Positions 45,092 through 55,596 of a DNA stretch of 64,000 nt are shown here, piece by piece; the stretch's first letter is position 1, and every line of letters begins with the position of its first letter. A program made the translations under genes and the position numbers. Origin of the DNA: a bacterium (GTDB lineage: Bacteria; Patescibacteriota; Minisyncoccia; Phycocordibacterales; JAGLPS01); contig JAUYHB010000027.1 of assembly GCA_030690305.1 (NCBI GenBank), positions 15,670-79,669 of the forward strand, read 5' to 3'. The notes under the pieces were generated by a model, which ran no database searches, had not been told where the DNA came from, and worked only from the letters and a program-made list of their open reading frames with translations.

Positions 45092-45655
45092 ATGTCTCTC
45101 GCGCAACGCATTGAAGCGATATTGTTTTTTAAAGGTGAGCCGGTTTCAACGAAACGACTCTCGGAAATGCTTTCCGTTTCGGAGGAAGAAGTTTTGGCCG
45201 CGCTGACCGAGTTGGAATCCTCTCTTTCCAATCGCGGCATTACGCTCATGCGCAAAGAAAAAGAGGTTATGCTTGCGACAGCCAAAGACGCAAGCGAACT
45301 TATTGCGAAAGTCGCCAAAGAAGAATTGTCCCGCGAGCTTGGAAGGGCGGGGCTTGAAACTCTTACCATTGTCCTATATCGTTCTCCTATAAGCCGTCGT
45401 GAAATCGACTATATACGAGGCGTCAACTCGGCCTTTATAGTAAGAAATCTTATGGTTCGCGGGCTTGTTGAACGCATACAAAACGAAAAGGACGAGCGGG
45501 TATTTTTATACAAACCTACATTCGAACTTCTTTCGTATCTGGGCATTTCCCGCGTGGAAGATTTGCCGGAATATGAAACGGTGCGGCAGGAAATTGAAAG
45601 TTCGCAGAAAGCCGCCGAGGAACAGGAAAAAGAGGAACAACCAAGCTTATTATGA
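45092..45655 (+). CDS. scpB: segregation and condensation protein B
   Basis: Two winged-helix repeats; ...IEAILFFKGEPVSTKRL... and ...LYRSPISRREIDYIRGVNSAFIVRNLMVRGLV... ScpB signature. Confidence 0.85.
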   Translation: MSLAQRIEAILFFKGEPVSTKRLSEMLSVSEEEVLAALTELESSLSNRGITLMRKEKEVMLATAKDASELIAKVAKEELSRELGRAGLETLTIVLYRSPISRREIDYIRGVNSAFIVRNLMVRGLVERIQNEKDERVFLYKPTFELLSYLGISRVEDLPEYETVRQEIESSQKAAEEQEKEEQPSLL

Positions 45656-46617
45656 ACAGACCGAAATTCCCACAACTTGAGACACTTGAAACGCACGAAC
45701 TGGTGGCGTGTTTTCTCATTACGTTTGCGACCATGCTTTCCTTTTATACTATTTTCCCCCGTGCCACTCACTTTGTTTTTGCCGACGATGTTTCAACTTT
45801 AACGGCAGAAAAAATCAATCCGTATCAAACAATTACTCTTTCTGCAAAAGCGGCGTATGTGTACGACTTGGCGGAAAACCGACCGCTGTATTCTTCAAAC
45901 GCCGATGAACCGTTGGCACTTGCGTCACTGACCAAAGTAATGACCGCGCTTACCGCCATAGAACTTATTCCCGCGTATACCGTTGTGACAATCGGGAATG
46001 ACGATTTGGCCGAAGAGGGGGACAGTGGGTTGTTCGGAGACGAACGGTGGAAACTCAAAGACCTCCTTGATTACAGTCTTGTCGTTTCTTCAAACGATGG
46101 CGCCCGGGCGGTTGCTTCCGTCGCGGGAAGTGTTGATTTAGGGACTGAAAAAAGCCAATTGGGACGCGAAGGATTCATTGCGCGGATGAACGAAAAAGCG
46201 AAAGAAATCGGTCTTTTGGAAACTCATTTTTCAAACGAGAACGGTCTTGACGTCGCGGAAGCATCGGGAGGAGCCTACGGCTCGGCGCGCGACATGGCAA
46301 AACTTTTTGGTTATATCATCGAAAACCATCCTGAACTTCTCGAAGCGACGCGTTATGACACCCTCACATTTACTTCGTTAAGCAACCTTGTCCATGAAGC
46401 AAAAAATACCAACACAAAAATAGGAGAAATTCCCGGCCTTGTCGCTTCCAAAACCGGCTTTACCGATTTGTCCGGAGGAAATCTTGTTATTATTTTCAAT
46501 TCGGAGGTCAACCGCCCCATTGCTGTTGTCGTTTTGGGTTCCACATATGAGGGCCGTTTTGATGACGTGCTGTCCTTGGTCAAAGCGACTTTCCAGACAA
46601 TCGCTCAAACTGACTGA
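45652..46617 (+). CDS. D-alanyl-D-alanine carboxypeptidase (serine-type, PBP5 family)
   Basis: N-terminal TM anchor; SLTK (ASLTKVMTA) active-site motif; SxN (SSND) and KTG (SKTGFT) motifs. Confidence 0.85.
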   Translation: MNRPKFPQLETLETHELVACFLITFATMLSFYTIFPRATHFVFADDVSTLTAEKINPYQTITLSAKAAYVYDLAENRPLYSSNADEPLALASLTKVMTALTAIELIPAYTVVTIGNDDLAEEGDSGLFGDERWKLKDLLDYSLVVSSNDGARAVASVAGSVDLGTEKSQLGREGFIARMNEKAKEIGLLETHFSNENGLDVAEASGGAYGSARDMAKLFGYIIENHPELLEATRYDTLTFTSLSNLVHEAKNTNTKIGEIPGLVASKTGFTDLSGGNLVIIFNSEVNRPIAVVVLGSTYEGRFDDVLSLVKATFQTIAQTD

Positions 46618-46679
46618 AGGAGAGAGGGCTTTAAAAACAGTCATTCCCAAATGGCCATCTCCCCGCTATAATCTAGTCA

Positions 46680-47756
46680 ATGGAAGTTTTAGACATAGTT
46701 AAAGTGCTTTTTCCCACAGTCGTATCTTTCGGCGTGGGAATTTTGATTACCCCGGCGGTAACTCATTTCCTTTACAAGCACAAAATGTGGAAGAAAAAGT
46801 CCGGAAAAGTGGACATGGACGGGACCGAAACGCCAATTTTCAACGCACTGCACAAAGACAGGGAGGTAAATACCCCTCGAATGGGTGGTCTTGTCATTTG
46901 GGTATCTTCCCTTATCACCATCCTCGGTTTTTGGCTCTTCGCCAAAGTTTTTCCTTTCGATTTTTTCTCAAAACTTGATTTCTTGAGCCGCGACCAAACA
47001 TGGATTCCTTTGTTTACACTTATCGCGGGAGGTATTGTCGGAATGATTGACGATGTTTTGGAAATCCGGGGCAATGGAGGCCGTTTTTCCGGAGGACTTT
47101 CTTTAAAAAAACGTCTCGGAGTCGTAACGGTCATCGGTATTCTCGCGGCATCGTGGTTCTTTTTTAAACTTGATGTTATAGGCCTTGGGCTCCCTAATGG
47201 CGGGATAATAGAACTCGGCTGGCTTTTCATCCCTGTTTTTGTTGCCATAATGCTTTTCATATATGCCGGCGGAATCATAGACGGCATTGACGGCCTTGCA
47301 GGAGGAGTGTTTGCAACGACATTTCTTGCGTATTCAAGTGTCGCTTTTCATCAGGACCAAATCAACCTTGCCGCTTTCTGCGCTATGCTTGCCGGTTCCA
47401 TCCTCGCATTCTTGTGGTTCAATATTCCTCCCGCGCGATTTTATATGTCCGAAACGGGAACGATGGGGCTCACACTCACGCTTGCCGTTGTCGCTTTTCT
47501 GACCGACTCCTTGGGCGAAGGCTACGGGGTACTTGTGCTTCCCGTTATCGCACTGCCATTAGTACTGACAACGCTTTCGGTTATTATTCAGGTTCTCTCA
47601 AAACGTTTCCGTAAAGGGAAGAAAGTGTTTTTGTCCGCTCCCGTGCACCACCATTTCGAAGCTATCGGCTGGCCGCCGTATAAAGTGACGATGCGGTATT
47701 GGATTATCAGCATCATCTTTGCGCTCCTTGGAATGGTGTTGGCATTTATCGGTTAG
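46680..47756 (+). CDS. mraY: phospho-N-acetylmuramoyl-pentapeptide transferase
   Basis: 10-TM protein with DD (IDDVLEIRG) and ...IDGIDGLAGG motifs of the MraY/WecA family. Confidence 0.92.
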   Translation: MEVLDIVKVLFPTVVSFGVGILITPAVTHFLYKHKMWKKKSGKVDMDGTETPIFNALHKDREVNTPRMGGLVIWVSSLITILGFWLFAKVFPFDFFSKLDFLSRDQTWIPLFTLIAGGIVGMIDDVLEIRGNGGRFSGGLSLKKRLGVVTVIGILAASWFFFKLDVIGLGLPNGGIIELGWLFIPVFVAIMLFIYAGGIIDGIDGLAGGVFATTFLAYSSVAFHQDQINLAAFCAMLAGSILAFLWFNIPPARFYMSETGTMGLTLTLAVVAFLTDSLGEGYGVLVLPVIALPLVLTTLSVIIQVLSKRFRKGKKVFLSAPVHHHFEAIGWPPYKVTMRYWIISIIFALLGMVLAFIG

Positions 47757-47937
47757 AAATCGTTCAACTATATTTTTTGCAAAGTGCTCACCCGCTTCCA
47801 GCGGCGGGTTTGCTAAACTCGGAAAATTTTCGGCTAAGAGCCGAACCAAGCAAATTTTCCTGCGAACATTGCAAAAAATATAGTTTCGCTCTAACGGCCA
47901 GAGGGAGGGGGAAGGGGAAAATGCTATTATTGCTACA

Positions 47938-49038
47938 ATGCCACGGGCTAGAACCGACAATTTATTTTTTATCTCCGTTGCCGTGCTTGTGGCGGCAGGC
48001 CTTTTGGTATTCTTGTCCGCTTCCATGGGATTGTGGAACCGTGAGGGGATTGACCCGGTAAGCATCACTGTCAAACAAATTCTCATCGGTCTTGTCGGAG
48101 GAATTATCGCGTGTAATTTTACCTCCCGTCTAGATTACAAATTATGGAGAAAATGGTCACCTCTGCTTTTTTTGGGAAGCATCATTCTCACACTTCTGGT
48201 TTTTGTCCCCGGCATCGGATTGGATTCCGGCGGAGCGCGTCGCTGGATAGACCTGAAAATTATTTCTTTTCAGCCTTCCGAATTTCTTAAAATTTCTTTC
48301 ATTATTTATTTTGCCGCTTTGCTTTCAAAATTTCGGGGAACAACACGTTCATGGACCGAAAGCCTCTTGCCGTTTGCGATACTTTCGGGCCTTGCCGGAG
48401 CGGTGCTCGTGCTTCAGCCGGACATAGACACATTTGCCGTTATCTGTTTTTCGGGAATAGCGATGCTTATTGTTGCGGGCGCGAAATGGCGGCACATTGG
48501 TCTTATCATTCTTATCGGCCTTATAGGCATCGGAGCATTATTTTATATTAAGCCCTACATTAAAGACCGAATTCTTACTTTTCTTGACCCGGCGCGCGAC
48601 CCCCACCGTTCCGGATACCAAATTCAACAATCTCTCATCGCCATAGGCTCGGGAGGCCTTTCCGGAAGGGGATTCGGGCAAAGCATTCAGAAATTCGGCT
48701 CGCTTCCGGAACCTATCGGCGACTCGATTTTTTCCGTAGCCGCTGAAGAATTCGGCTTTATTGGCACAACCGCTCTTGTATTTCTATATATGTTTTTCTT
48801 TCTGCGGGGCCTTAAAATAGCCTCACACGCGGCCGATTCGTTCGGTAGACTGATAACCGTAGGAATTGTTATACTGATAGTATCCCAGTCATTTCTTAAT
48901 ATTTCCGCCATGCTGGGACTGTTTCCTTTGTCCGGTATCCCGCTTTTATTCATAAGCCACGGAGGAACGGCATTATTTGTCACTCTTGCCGAAATAGGTA
49001 TCATTTTTAACGTATCTAAGTACGGCTCGCGAGTGTAA
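47938..49038 (+). CDS. ftsW: SEDS-family peptidoglycan glycosyltransferase FtsW/RodA
   Basis: Polytopic; ...IDLKIISFQPSEFLKI... and ...FIGTTALVFLYMFF... SEDS conserved blocks; sits between mraY and murG. Confidence 0.88.
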   Translation: MPRARTDNLFFISVAVLVAAGLLVFLSASMGLWNREGIDPVSITVKQILIGLVGGIIACNFTSRLDYKLWRKWSPLLFLGSIILTLLVFVPGIGLDSGGARRWIDLKIISFQPSEFLKISFIIYFAALLSKFRGTTRSWTESLLPFAILSGLAGAVLVLQPDIDTFAVICFSGIAMLIVAGAKWRHIGLIILIGLIGIGALFYIKPYIKDRILTFLDPARDPHRSGYQIQQSLIAIGSGGLSGRGFGQSIQKFGSLPEPIGDSIFSVAAEEFGFIGTTALVFLYMFFFLRGLKIASHAADSFGRLITVGIVILIVSQSFLNISAMLGLFPLSGIPLLFISHGGTALFVTLAEIGIIFNVSKYGSRV

Positions 49039-49042
49039 GCAC

Positions 49043-50170
49043 ATGAAAATACTCTTTACAGGAGGCGTCACAGGCGGTCATTTCTATCCGATCATTGCCG
49101 TCGCCCAGGAAATAAACAAACAAGTAAAAGAAAACAAACTCTTCGGGGTGGAACTTTACTACATATCAACCTCTCCGTACAACGAAGGAATCTTGTATGA
49201 AAACGGAATCATATACAGGAAAAATCCGGCAGGGAAAATACGCGGATATTTCTCGTTGCTTAATGTTTTTGACGTGTTTAAAACCGCATGGGGAGTAATC
49301 CGGGCGCTTTTCGTCGTGTTTGATATTTTTCCCGATGTTATTTTCGGCAAAGGGGGGTACGCGAGTTTTCCCGCCTTACTTGCCGGCCGTATCCTAAAGA
49401 TTCCCGTCGTTATACACGAATCCGATACTGCGCCCGGAAAGGTAAATGCGTGGGCGGGAAAATTCGCCCGTCGCATTGCGCTTTCATATCCGGAAACCAT
49501 CTCATATTTTCCCAAAGAGAAAGTGGCCATAACCGGCAATCCCGTTCGAAAAGAAATGCTTGAACCCGCAACGGAAGACGCCGAAGAATATTTTAATCTC
49601 GAAAAAAATGTTCCCGTCATTCTCGTGCTCGGAGGTTCCCAGGGCGCGCAAATTGTGAATAATGCCATCATCGACTCTTTGCCCCAACTGGTAGAGCGCT
49701 ACCAGGTCATCCACCAGACCGGGAAGAAAAATCTCGAGGAAGTGAAAACCACCGCCGATGTTTTGCTTTTGCAAAATCAAAATAAATACAGACACAAGCC
49801 GTATGATTATTTGGATACCAAAGAATTGCGCATGGCCTCTCAAATGGCCGATCTTGTCATTTCCCGCGCCGGTTCGACGATTTTTGAAATCGCCGCGTGG
49901 GGCAAGCCTGCGGTTCTCATTCCCATCACCAACTCAAACGACGACCATCAGCGCAAAAACGCTTTTGCCTACGCGAGAGCCGGAGCGGCATTCGTTATTG
50001 AAGAAAAAAACTTGAGCGCCAATATTCTTTTGTCGGAAATAGAACGCATACTCGCAAATCCGGAAGAAAAAACAAAAATGGAAAAAGCGGCCAAAGATTT
50101 TTTCAAACCGGACGCGGCGGAAAAAATCGCGCGAGAAATTCTTTCAATAGGAGTTGAACATGAAGGCTAA
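49043..50170 (+). CDS. murG: UDP-N-acetylglucosamine--N-acetylmuramyl-(pentapeptide) pyrophosphoryl-undecaprenol N-acetylglucosamine transferase
   Basis: MKILFTGGVTGGHFYPIIAV N-terminal G-loop motif, GT-B fold, C-terminal GGSQGA. Confidence 0.92.
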   Translation: MKILFTGGVTGGHFYPIIAVAQEINKQVKENKLFGVELYYISTSPYNEGILYENGIIYRKNPAGKIRGYFSLLNVFDVFKTAWGVIRALFVVFDIFPDVIFGKGGYASFPALLAGRILKIPVVIHESDTAPGKVNAWAGKFARRIALSYPETISYFPKEKVAITGNPVRKEMLEPATEDAEEYFNLEKNVPVILVLGGSQGAQIVNNAIIDSLPQLVERYQVIHQTGKKNLEEVKTTADVLLLQNQNKYRHKPYDYLDTKELRMASQMADLVISRAGSTIFEIAAWGKPAVLIPITNSNDDHQRKNAFAYARAGAAFVIEEKNLSANILLSEIERILANPEEKTKMEKAAKDFFKPDAAEKIAREILSIGVEHEG

Positions 50171-50172
50171 TT

Positions 50173-51522
50173 ATGGAAAAAAGCGACACATATTCTACGC
50201 AAATTGTTGTTACCCGTTTCGCCCCCTCTCCAACAGGGTTTTTCACTCTTGGTAATTGCCGCACCGCGCTGTTTAACTATATTTACGCCCGCCAACATGA
50301 GGGCAAGTTTATTCTCCGTATCGAAGATACCGACAAGGAACGCAGCAAGAAAGAGTACGAGGACGACATTCTGGAAAATTTCAAATGGCTCGGCTTTTCC
50401 CACGATGAGTTTTACAGACAATCAGAAAGAGGGGACGTATACAGACGATATCTGGAGAAACTCATTACCGAAGGAAAAGCATACGTTTCCAAAGAAGAGA
50501 TGGTAAAAGAAGGGGACAGGAGTGAGGTCATCCGTTTCAAAAATCCGGGCACGAAAATCTGTTTTGCCGACCTCATCCGAGGAGAAGTCTGTTTTGACAC
50601 GACGGAGCTGAAAGACTTCGTCATTGCAAAAAGTCTCGACGAACCCGTATTTCATTTTGCCGTTGTTATAGACGATTTTGAAATGGGCGTAACCCACGTT
50701 ATTCGCGGAGAAGACCATATTTCAAACACTCCGCGACAAATTCTTGTGCAGGAGGCCATCGGCGCTCCTCGTCCGGCATACGCGCACCTTCCTTTGATTC
50801 TCGCGCCGGACCGTTCGAAGCTTTCCAAAAGAAACGGGGGAATGTCCATACGCGAATGCAGAGAGCGGGGCTACCTTCCGGAAGCCGTCATCAACTACCT
50901 CGCCCTTTTGGGTTGGAATCCGGGAACCGACCAGGAGAAACTCTCCCTTGAAAATCTTATCCTCCAATTCCGTCTTAATAAGATACAGAAGGGCGGCGCC
51001 GTCTTTAACCCCGAAAAGTTCAATTGGGTAAACAAAGAGTACATACGGGACCTTCCCCAGGAAAAAATGACCGAGATTATCGGGCAATACGCGGCAGCGG
51101 CGGGAAAAACGCTTCCCGGAGAAATGGCGGTAAAAATAACCCCGCTTGTAACCGAGCGCGTTGAAAAATTGGAAGACCTCAAAGCCATGTTTGATTCCGG
51201 AGAACTCGATTTCTTTGTCGGGACACCCGAATATCCGGCCGAAAAACTTTCCTGGAAAGATACGCCGAAAGAAAAAACAATCACCAATTTAAAAACGGCG
51301 CTCACCATACTTTCAACTCTTTCTGAAGAAGAATTCAATGCGACGGAAGTAAAAGAGGCGTTGTGGGAATATGCCGAGAAAGAGGGGCGGGGAAACGTGC
51401 TGTGGCCCATACGGTTTTCATTATCGGGAAAAGACAAATCTCCCGACCCGTTCACCCTCGCAAGCGTGTTGGGGAAAAAAGAAACCTTGGCCCGCATATC
51501 AAGCGCGATTCAAAAATTATAA
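50173..51522 (+). CDS. gltX: glutamyl-tRNA synthetase
   Basis: RFAPSPTGFFTLGNCRTAL (HIGH-region variant), KLSKR (SKLSKRNGG); 449 aa. Confidence 0.92.
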   Translation: MEKSDTYSTQIVVTRFAPSPTGFFTLGNCRTALFNYIYARQHEGKFILRIEDTDKERSKKEYEDDILENFKWLGFSHDEFYRQSERGDVYRRYLEKLITEGKAYVSKEEMVKEGDRSEVIRFKNPGTKICFADLIRGEVCFDTTELKDFVIAKSLDEPVFHFAVVIDDFEMGVTHVIRGEDHISNTPRQILVQEAIGAPRPAYAHLPLILAPDRSKLSKRNGGMSIRECRERGYLPEAVINYLALLGWNPGTDQEKLSLENLILQFRLNKIQKGGAVFNPEKFNWVNKEYIRDLPQEKMTEIIGQYAAAAGKTLPGEMAVKITPLVTERVEKLEDLKAMFDSGELDFFVGTPEYPAEKLSWKDTPKEKTITNLKTALTILSTLSEEEFNATEVKEALWEYAEKEGRGNVLWPIRFSLSGKDKSPDPFTLASVLGKKETLARISSAIQKL

Positions 51523-51524
51523 CA

Positions 51525-52832
51525 ATGAAATTTTCATGGCAAAAGATTTTCATATTGACGCTCGCTGTCGCACTAACATTTGCTCCACAAAGCAAAGGGG
51601 CTACCGTTGAGGAACTCCAAGGAAAAATCACCGACAAAAGCACCCAGATAGAGCAACTGGAAAAAGAAATACAGCAGTACCAAAAAGAACTTACGGAAAC
51701 AGGTAAACAGGCCCAAACGCTCCAGAATGCGGTCAAAACGCTTGATACGACGGCTAAAAAGCTTGCCGCCGACGTCAGACTAACCGAACAAAAAATCAGT
51801 GTCGCAAATGACAGCATTAGTGACCTTAGTGACGGGATTTCTGTTAAGGAAGAGGAAATTTTGCAGAATCTCGCCGCTATTGAAAAAACGTTGCGGAATA
51901 TCAATGCCGCTGATGATGCGACCTTGATTGAAATATTTCTTTCAAATACCGACTTATCGGAATTTTGGAACGAAATTGAAAACCTTCAGCGTTTCCAGAT
52001 CGGGGTGCGCGAAAAACTCGGCGAATTAAGAAACTTGAAAGTAGACCTGCAGGACAAGAAGACAAGTGAGGAAAAAAGAAAAAAAGAACTGGTTTTTCTT
52101 AAAAGCCAGCTTGCCGACCAGCAAAAAATCGTGACCGCGAATAAACTGGAAAAGAGCACGCTGCTCAAACAGACACAAAACAAAGAATCGGAATACAAAA
52201 AACTTCTCACGGAAAAGCAGAAGCAAAAAGAAGCGTTCGAGAGGGAACTGGCCCAGTACGAATCCGACCTCAAAATCGCCATTGACCCGAATTCCATTCC
52301 CAAAGCTTCGGCTATTTTTACCTGGCCGTTTGACACTTCCAAAGTTAAACCCCTTTCAATCATTACCCAGCTTTTTGGCGGCACCGAATTCGCCAAATTG
52401 AACCCCCAGGTCTACGGCAGACCGTTCCACAATGGCACGGACTTCGGTATGCCTGTAGGAACCCCGATTTTAAGCGCCTTAGGCGGAGTGGTGGAAGATT
52501 CCGGCAATACCGACGCTTTCCCGGGCTGTTATTCGTACGGGAAATGGGTCTTGGTTAAGCACTCAAACGGCCTTTCAACCCTTTATGCACACCTTTCCTT
52601 GATAAAAGTAACCCCGGGCAGCCAACTTTCAACCGGCTCGCTTCTCGGGTACAGCGGCAATACCGGTTACAGCACCGGGCCGCACCTCCATTTCACCGTG
52701 TATCTCACCAAAGGCGTGCAGGTTATCCGTTTCGGCGAAGCGAAAAAAGTTACGAACTGCGCCGACGCTCGAATTCCCATCGCTCCGTACGATGCGTACC
52801 TTGATCCTATGCTATACTTACCATCGAAATAG
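51525..52832 (+). CDS. M23-family peptidoglycan metalloendopeptidase with an N-terminal coiled-coil (EnvC-like architecture)
   Basis: Signal/TM, long coiled coil, C-terminal HNGTDFGMPVGTPI...HLHFTVY LytM/M23 HxxxD and HxH motifs. Start set to ATG 51525 (MKFSWQKIF...). Confidence 0.85.
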   Translation: MKFSWQKIFILTLAVALTFAPQSKGATVEELQGKITDKSTQIEQLEKEIQQYQKELTETGKQAQTLQNAVKTLDTTAKKLAADVRLTEQKISVANDSISDLSDGISVKEEEILQNLAAIEKTLRNINAADDATLIEIFLSNTDLSEFWNEIENLQRFQIGVREKLGELRNLKVDLQDKKTSEEKRKKELVFLKSQLADQQKIVTANKLEKSTLLKQTQNKESEYKKLLTEKQKQKEAFERELAQYESDLKIAIDPNSIPKASAIFTWPFDTSKVKPLSIITQLFGGTEFAKLNPQVYGRPFHNGTDFGMPVGTPILSALGGVVEDSGNTDAFPGCYSYGKWVLVKHSNGLSTLYAHLSLIKVTPGSQLSTGSLLGYSGNTGYSTGPHLHFTVYLTKGVQVIRFGEAKKVTNCADARIPIAPYDAYLDPMLYLPSK

Positions 52833-52889
52833 AATTTAATGAAAAAATTAATTTAAATTTTAATTTTATTCGCCAAAAAAGTTATCAAC

Positions 52890-53144
52890 ATGTACAAAAG
52901 AGGATTCATTAGGGATATAATCATAATTGTCATTGCGGTCCTTGCCTTGGGTTACTTCGGTTTCGATATCAAAGGATGGCTCGACTCTCCTGAAGTGAAA
53001 GCGGTAGTCGGACCGGCGCTTGAATTCATCGAAAACATTTGGACTAACTACATTCAAGGATTCGCAGACTACCTGTGGAACGATATTATCATAGGGGTCG
53101 TCTGGCAGTGGATTCTTTCGATTATAGAAACAATCAAAAACTAA
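52890..53144 (+). CDS. small membrane protein (84 aa), hypothetical
   Basis: Two hydrophobic helices; paired with the next small membrane ORF. Confidence 0.45.
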   Translation: MYKRGFIRDIIIIVIAVLALGYFGFDIKGWLDSPEVKAVVGPALEFIENIWTNYIQGFADYLWNDIIIGVVWQWILSIIETIKN

Positions 53145-53165
53145 TTTTACGGACACGAAGTTCAG

Positions 53166-53366
53166 GTGAAAGCGATTAAAATTCTACTTTTTATCCTTGC
53201 TGTTCCAATTCTCGCGCCTTTAATGTGGCTTTCTCACCAGGCAGACCAATACTGGAGAGAGGGCAAAGAAGCGCCGTTTTGGTATTACCTCCTTTTCATA
53301 TTTATTGCTCCCGCTAACGCGGTTTTATATGTCGTCGAGGAGCATTGGGAGGAGCTTTTGGATTAG
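53166..53366 (+). CDS. small membrane protein (66 aa), hypothetical
   Basis: Two hydrophobic helices. Confidence 0.4.
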   Translation: MKAIKILLFILAVPILAPLMWLSHQADQYWREGKEAPFWYYLLFIFIAPANAVLYVVEEHWEELLD

Positions 53367-53463
53367 CTTTTTGCAAGCATCTTAAACCCTCGTAATATTT
53401 CAACCGTTATAGGGGATTTTATTTTTGTGCTAAAATACAGGACTATATTTAGCCATTACTACA

Positions 53464-54168
53464 ATGTACAAAATCATCTTATTGCGGCATGGCCTTTCAG
53501 ATTGGAATAAACAGAACCTTTTTACAGGATGGGAAGATATCGATTTAAATGAAGAGGGAATTCAAGAGGCCCATGAAGCGGCAGAGCTCCTCAAGGAAAA
53601 TGGTTTTACATTCGATCTGGCTTTTACGTCTGTTTTAAAACGGGCAATTAATACCCTCTCAATTCTTTTGAGCGATATGCATTTAACCGGCATTCAGATA
53701 GAAAAATCATGGCGTCTCAATGAGCGTCATTACGGGACTCTCCAAGGTCTTAATAAGGATGAAGTTAAACGGCAATATGGTGAAGAACTATTCAAGGCAT
53801 GGCGCAGAGGTTACGCTACCCGACCTCCAGCAGTGTTAAAAACGGACAAAAGATATCCTGGAAATGATCCTCTATATGGAGACCTTTCTCCTTTGGAATT
53901 ACCGACCAGTGAGTCTCTTAAAGACACGTACGACCGATTCTTGCCATATTGGCACGAGGAGATCGCTCCTCAGATAAAGAAAAGGAAGAAAATAATCATC
54001 TGTACCCACGGCAATCTTATCCGGGCTCTTGTTAAATATCTTGATAACGTCTCAGACAACGATATTGCCGAATTCAGTATTGAGACAGGAATTCCGCTTG
54101 TCTATGAACTTGATGAAAAGTTGGCTCCCATCAGGCACTATTATTTGGAAAAAAAGGTTAAAGTGTAG
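53464..54168 (+). CDS. gpmA: 2,3-bisphosphoglycerate-dependent phosphoglycerate mutase
   Basis: LLRHGLSDWN catalytic RHG motif, ...RHYG... second His region; about 230 aa. Comparatively AT-rich gene. Confidence 0.88.
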   Translation: MYKIILLRHGLSDWNKQNLFTGWEDIDLNEEGIQEAHEAAELLKENGFTFDLAFTSVLKRAINTLSILLSDMHLTGIQIEKSWRLNERHYGTLQGLNKDEVKRQYGEELFKAWRRGYATRPPAVLKTDKRYPGNDPLYGDLSPLELPTSESLKDTYDRFLPYWHEEIAPQIKKRKKIIICTHGNLIRALVKYLDNVSDNDIAEFSIETGIPLVYELDEKLAPIRHYYLEKKVKV

Positions 54169-54221
54169 AGTAAAAGCCCCTCATAAATTGATTGAGGGTC
54201 TTTTTATTGTAAAATAAACAC

Positions 54222-55265
54222 ATGTCAAAAGTTTTTGTGACTGGAGGAACAGGCTTTGTCGGCTCGGCCCTCGTGCGGGCACTTGTTGCGCACGGGGATG
54301 AAGTAACACTTCTTGTTCAAAAAAACGACTCCCAAGCCAAAAGTGTTGACGGTCTTGCGATAAAAATAGTTGAGGGAGATATTTTAAACCTCGACAGTTT
54401 TAAAGTTGCGGCGCAGGGGACTGAAGTCTTCTATCATGCCGCTTTTTTGTACACACTTCCGGCTATAGGGATTAGAAAAGAACCCCGAATGGACGCAGTC
54501 AATCTACAAGGCACAAAAAATGCCGTGGAAGTGGCTCAAAGTGTGGGAGTAAAAAAGTTTGTATTTACAAGCTCCGTATACACCATAGGACAGTTGGGAA
54601 AACACATTACCGCCGACGAGAAAGACCATATCCCTCCGGGAAAAGAAATTGGCTATTACGGGCGAACAAAAAGAATTGCGGAAGATTATGTTCTTACAAA
54701 GGCTCGCGCGGAGGGATTTCCCGCGGTAGTCGTCAATCCATCGGCAATTTTCGGACCGGGGGATTCGCGCCCCACACCGTCCGGGGAAATTGTCATTAAA
54801 TTCCTTCAAAAGAAATATCCGGGGTATTTTGACGCGCTTGTCGCCGTTGCCGATGTTGATGATGTCGCACAAGGTCATATCCTTGCCGCGGAACGCGGAA
54901 AAATAGGAGAACGATATATTTTATGTAATGAGAAAAATTACACGGAAAAAGAATTATTTGAAATATTTGAAAAAGTATCAGGTATTCCTGCTCCCAAAAC
55001 AAAATTTCCCGTATGGTTCATGAACATATTCGTCCAAGCCGACGAATGGATCAGAAGATTCTTCCCGAAGCACAAGGTGCTCATATACTGGGACCATTTC
55101 CGTCTTGCCAAGGATTTTGTCGCATTTAGCAACAAAAAGGCCGTTATGGAGCTTGGCTGGACTACAAAACCATTCGAAGAAACGGCCCGGAAGGCGGTTC
55201 TGTGGTACAAAGCACACGGTATGTGGCATAAAGCCGGCATATCAGATTCGGGGGACATGAAATAA
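54222..55265 (+). CDS. NAD-dependent epimerase/dehydratase (extended SDR)
   Basis: VTGGTGFVGSALV Rossmann motif, YxxxK (YGRTKRIAE). Confidence 0.85.
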   Translation: MSKVFVTGGTGFVGSALVRALVAHGDEVTLLVQKNDSQAKSVDGLAIKIVEGDILNLDSFKVAAQGTEVFYHAAFLYTLPAIGIRKEPRMDAVNLQGTKNAVEVAQSVGVKKFVFTSSVYTIGQLGKHITADEKDHIPPGKEIGYYGRTKRIAEDYVLTKARAEGFPAVVVNPSAIFGPGDSRPTPSGEIVIKFLQKKYPGYFDALVAVADVDDVAQGHILAAERGKIGERYILCNEKNYTEKELFEIFEKVSGIPAPKTKFPVWFMNIFVQADEWIRRFFPKHKVLIYWDHFRLAKDFVAFSNKKAVMELGWTTKPFEETARKAVLWYKAHGMWHKAGISDSGDMK

Positions 55266-55449
55266 TAAAAATAAATTTTTCGTCCCGAATAAAAAATTTT
55301 ATCTCGATAGAGGAGTGGAGGTTCGATAATACCGCCATAGAGTCGTATACAAAAAGAAGACTTAAAGGGGGTGTCAAAAGAGGTCTCCTTATTTGCCCCT
55401 ATGGTAACGTCGCAAAAGATATATTGTGCGACGTTCCAGAGTTATCCAC

Positions 55450-55476
55450 AGGGGCTTTACAAAGCCCCTTTTCTTC
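55450..55476 (+). terminator. rho-independent terminator after the epimerase gene
   Basis: GGGGCTTT-aca-AAGCCCC hairpin followed by TTTTCTTC. Confidence 0.65.
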
Positions 55477-55596
55477 AGTATTCCCTAACCCAGCCGAATT
55501 CGATGTGAATCTAAACTGTAAATGTTCTTGATGACTTCACTATACAGTTATCATCGAGAGATGCAAGCCAAGCCCTGTGGATATTAATGAACAATG

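Noticed and set aside
55330-55352. tRNA-3'-end-like string GGTTCGATAATACCGCCA at the left edge of the mobile element (possible att remnant)
   Set aside because: No T-stem or acceptor pairing can be drawn, so it cannot be called a tRNA fragment with confidence. A real tRNA target would have to be confirmed by comparison with an empty site.
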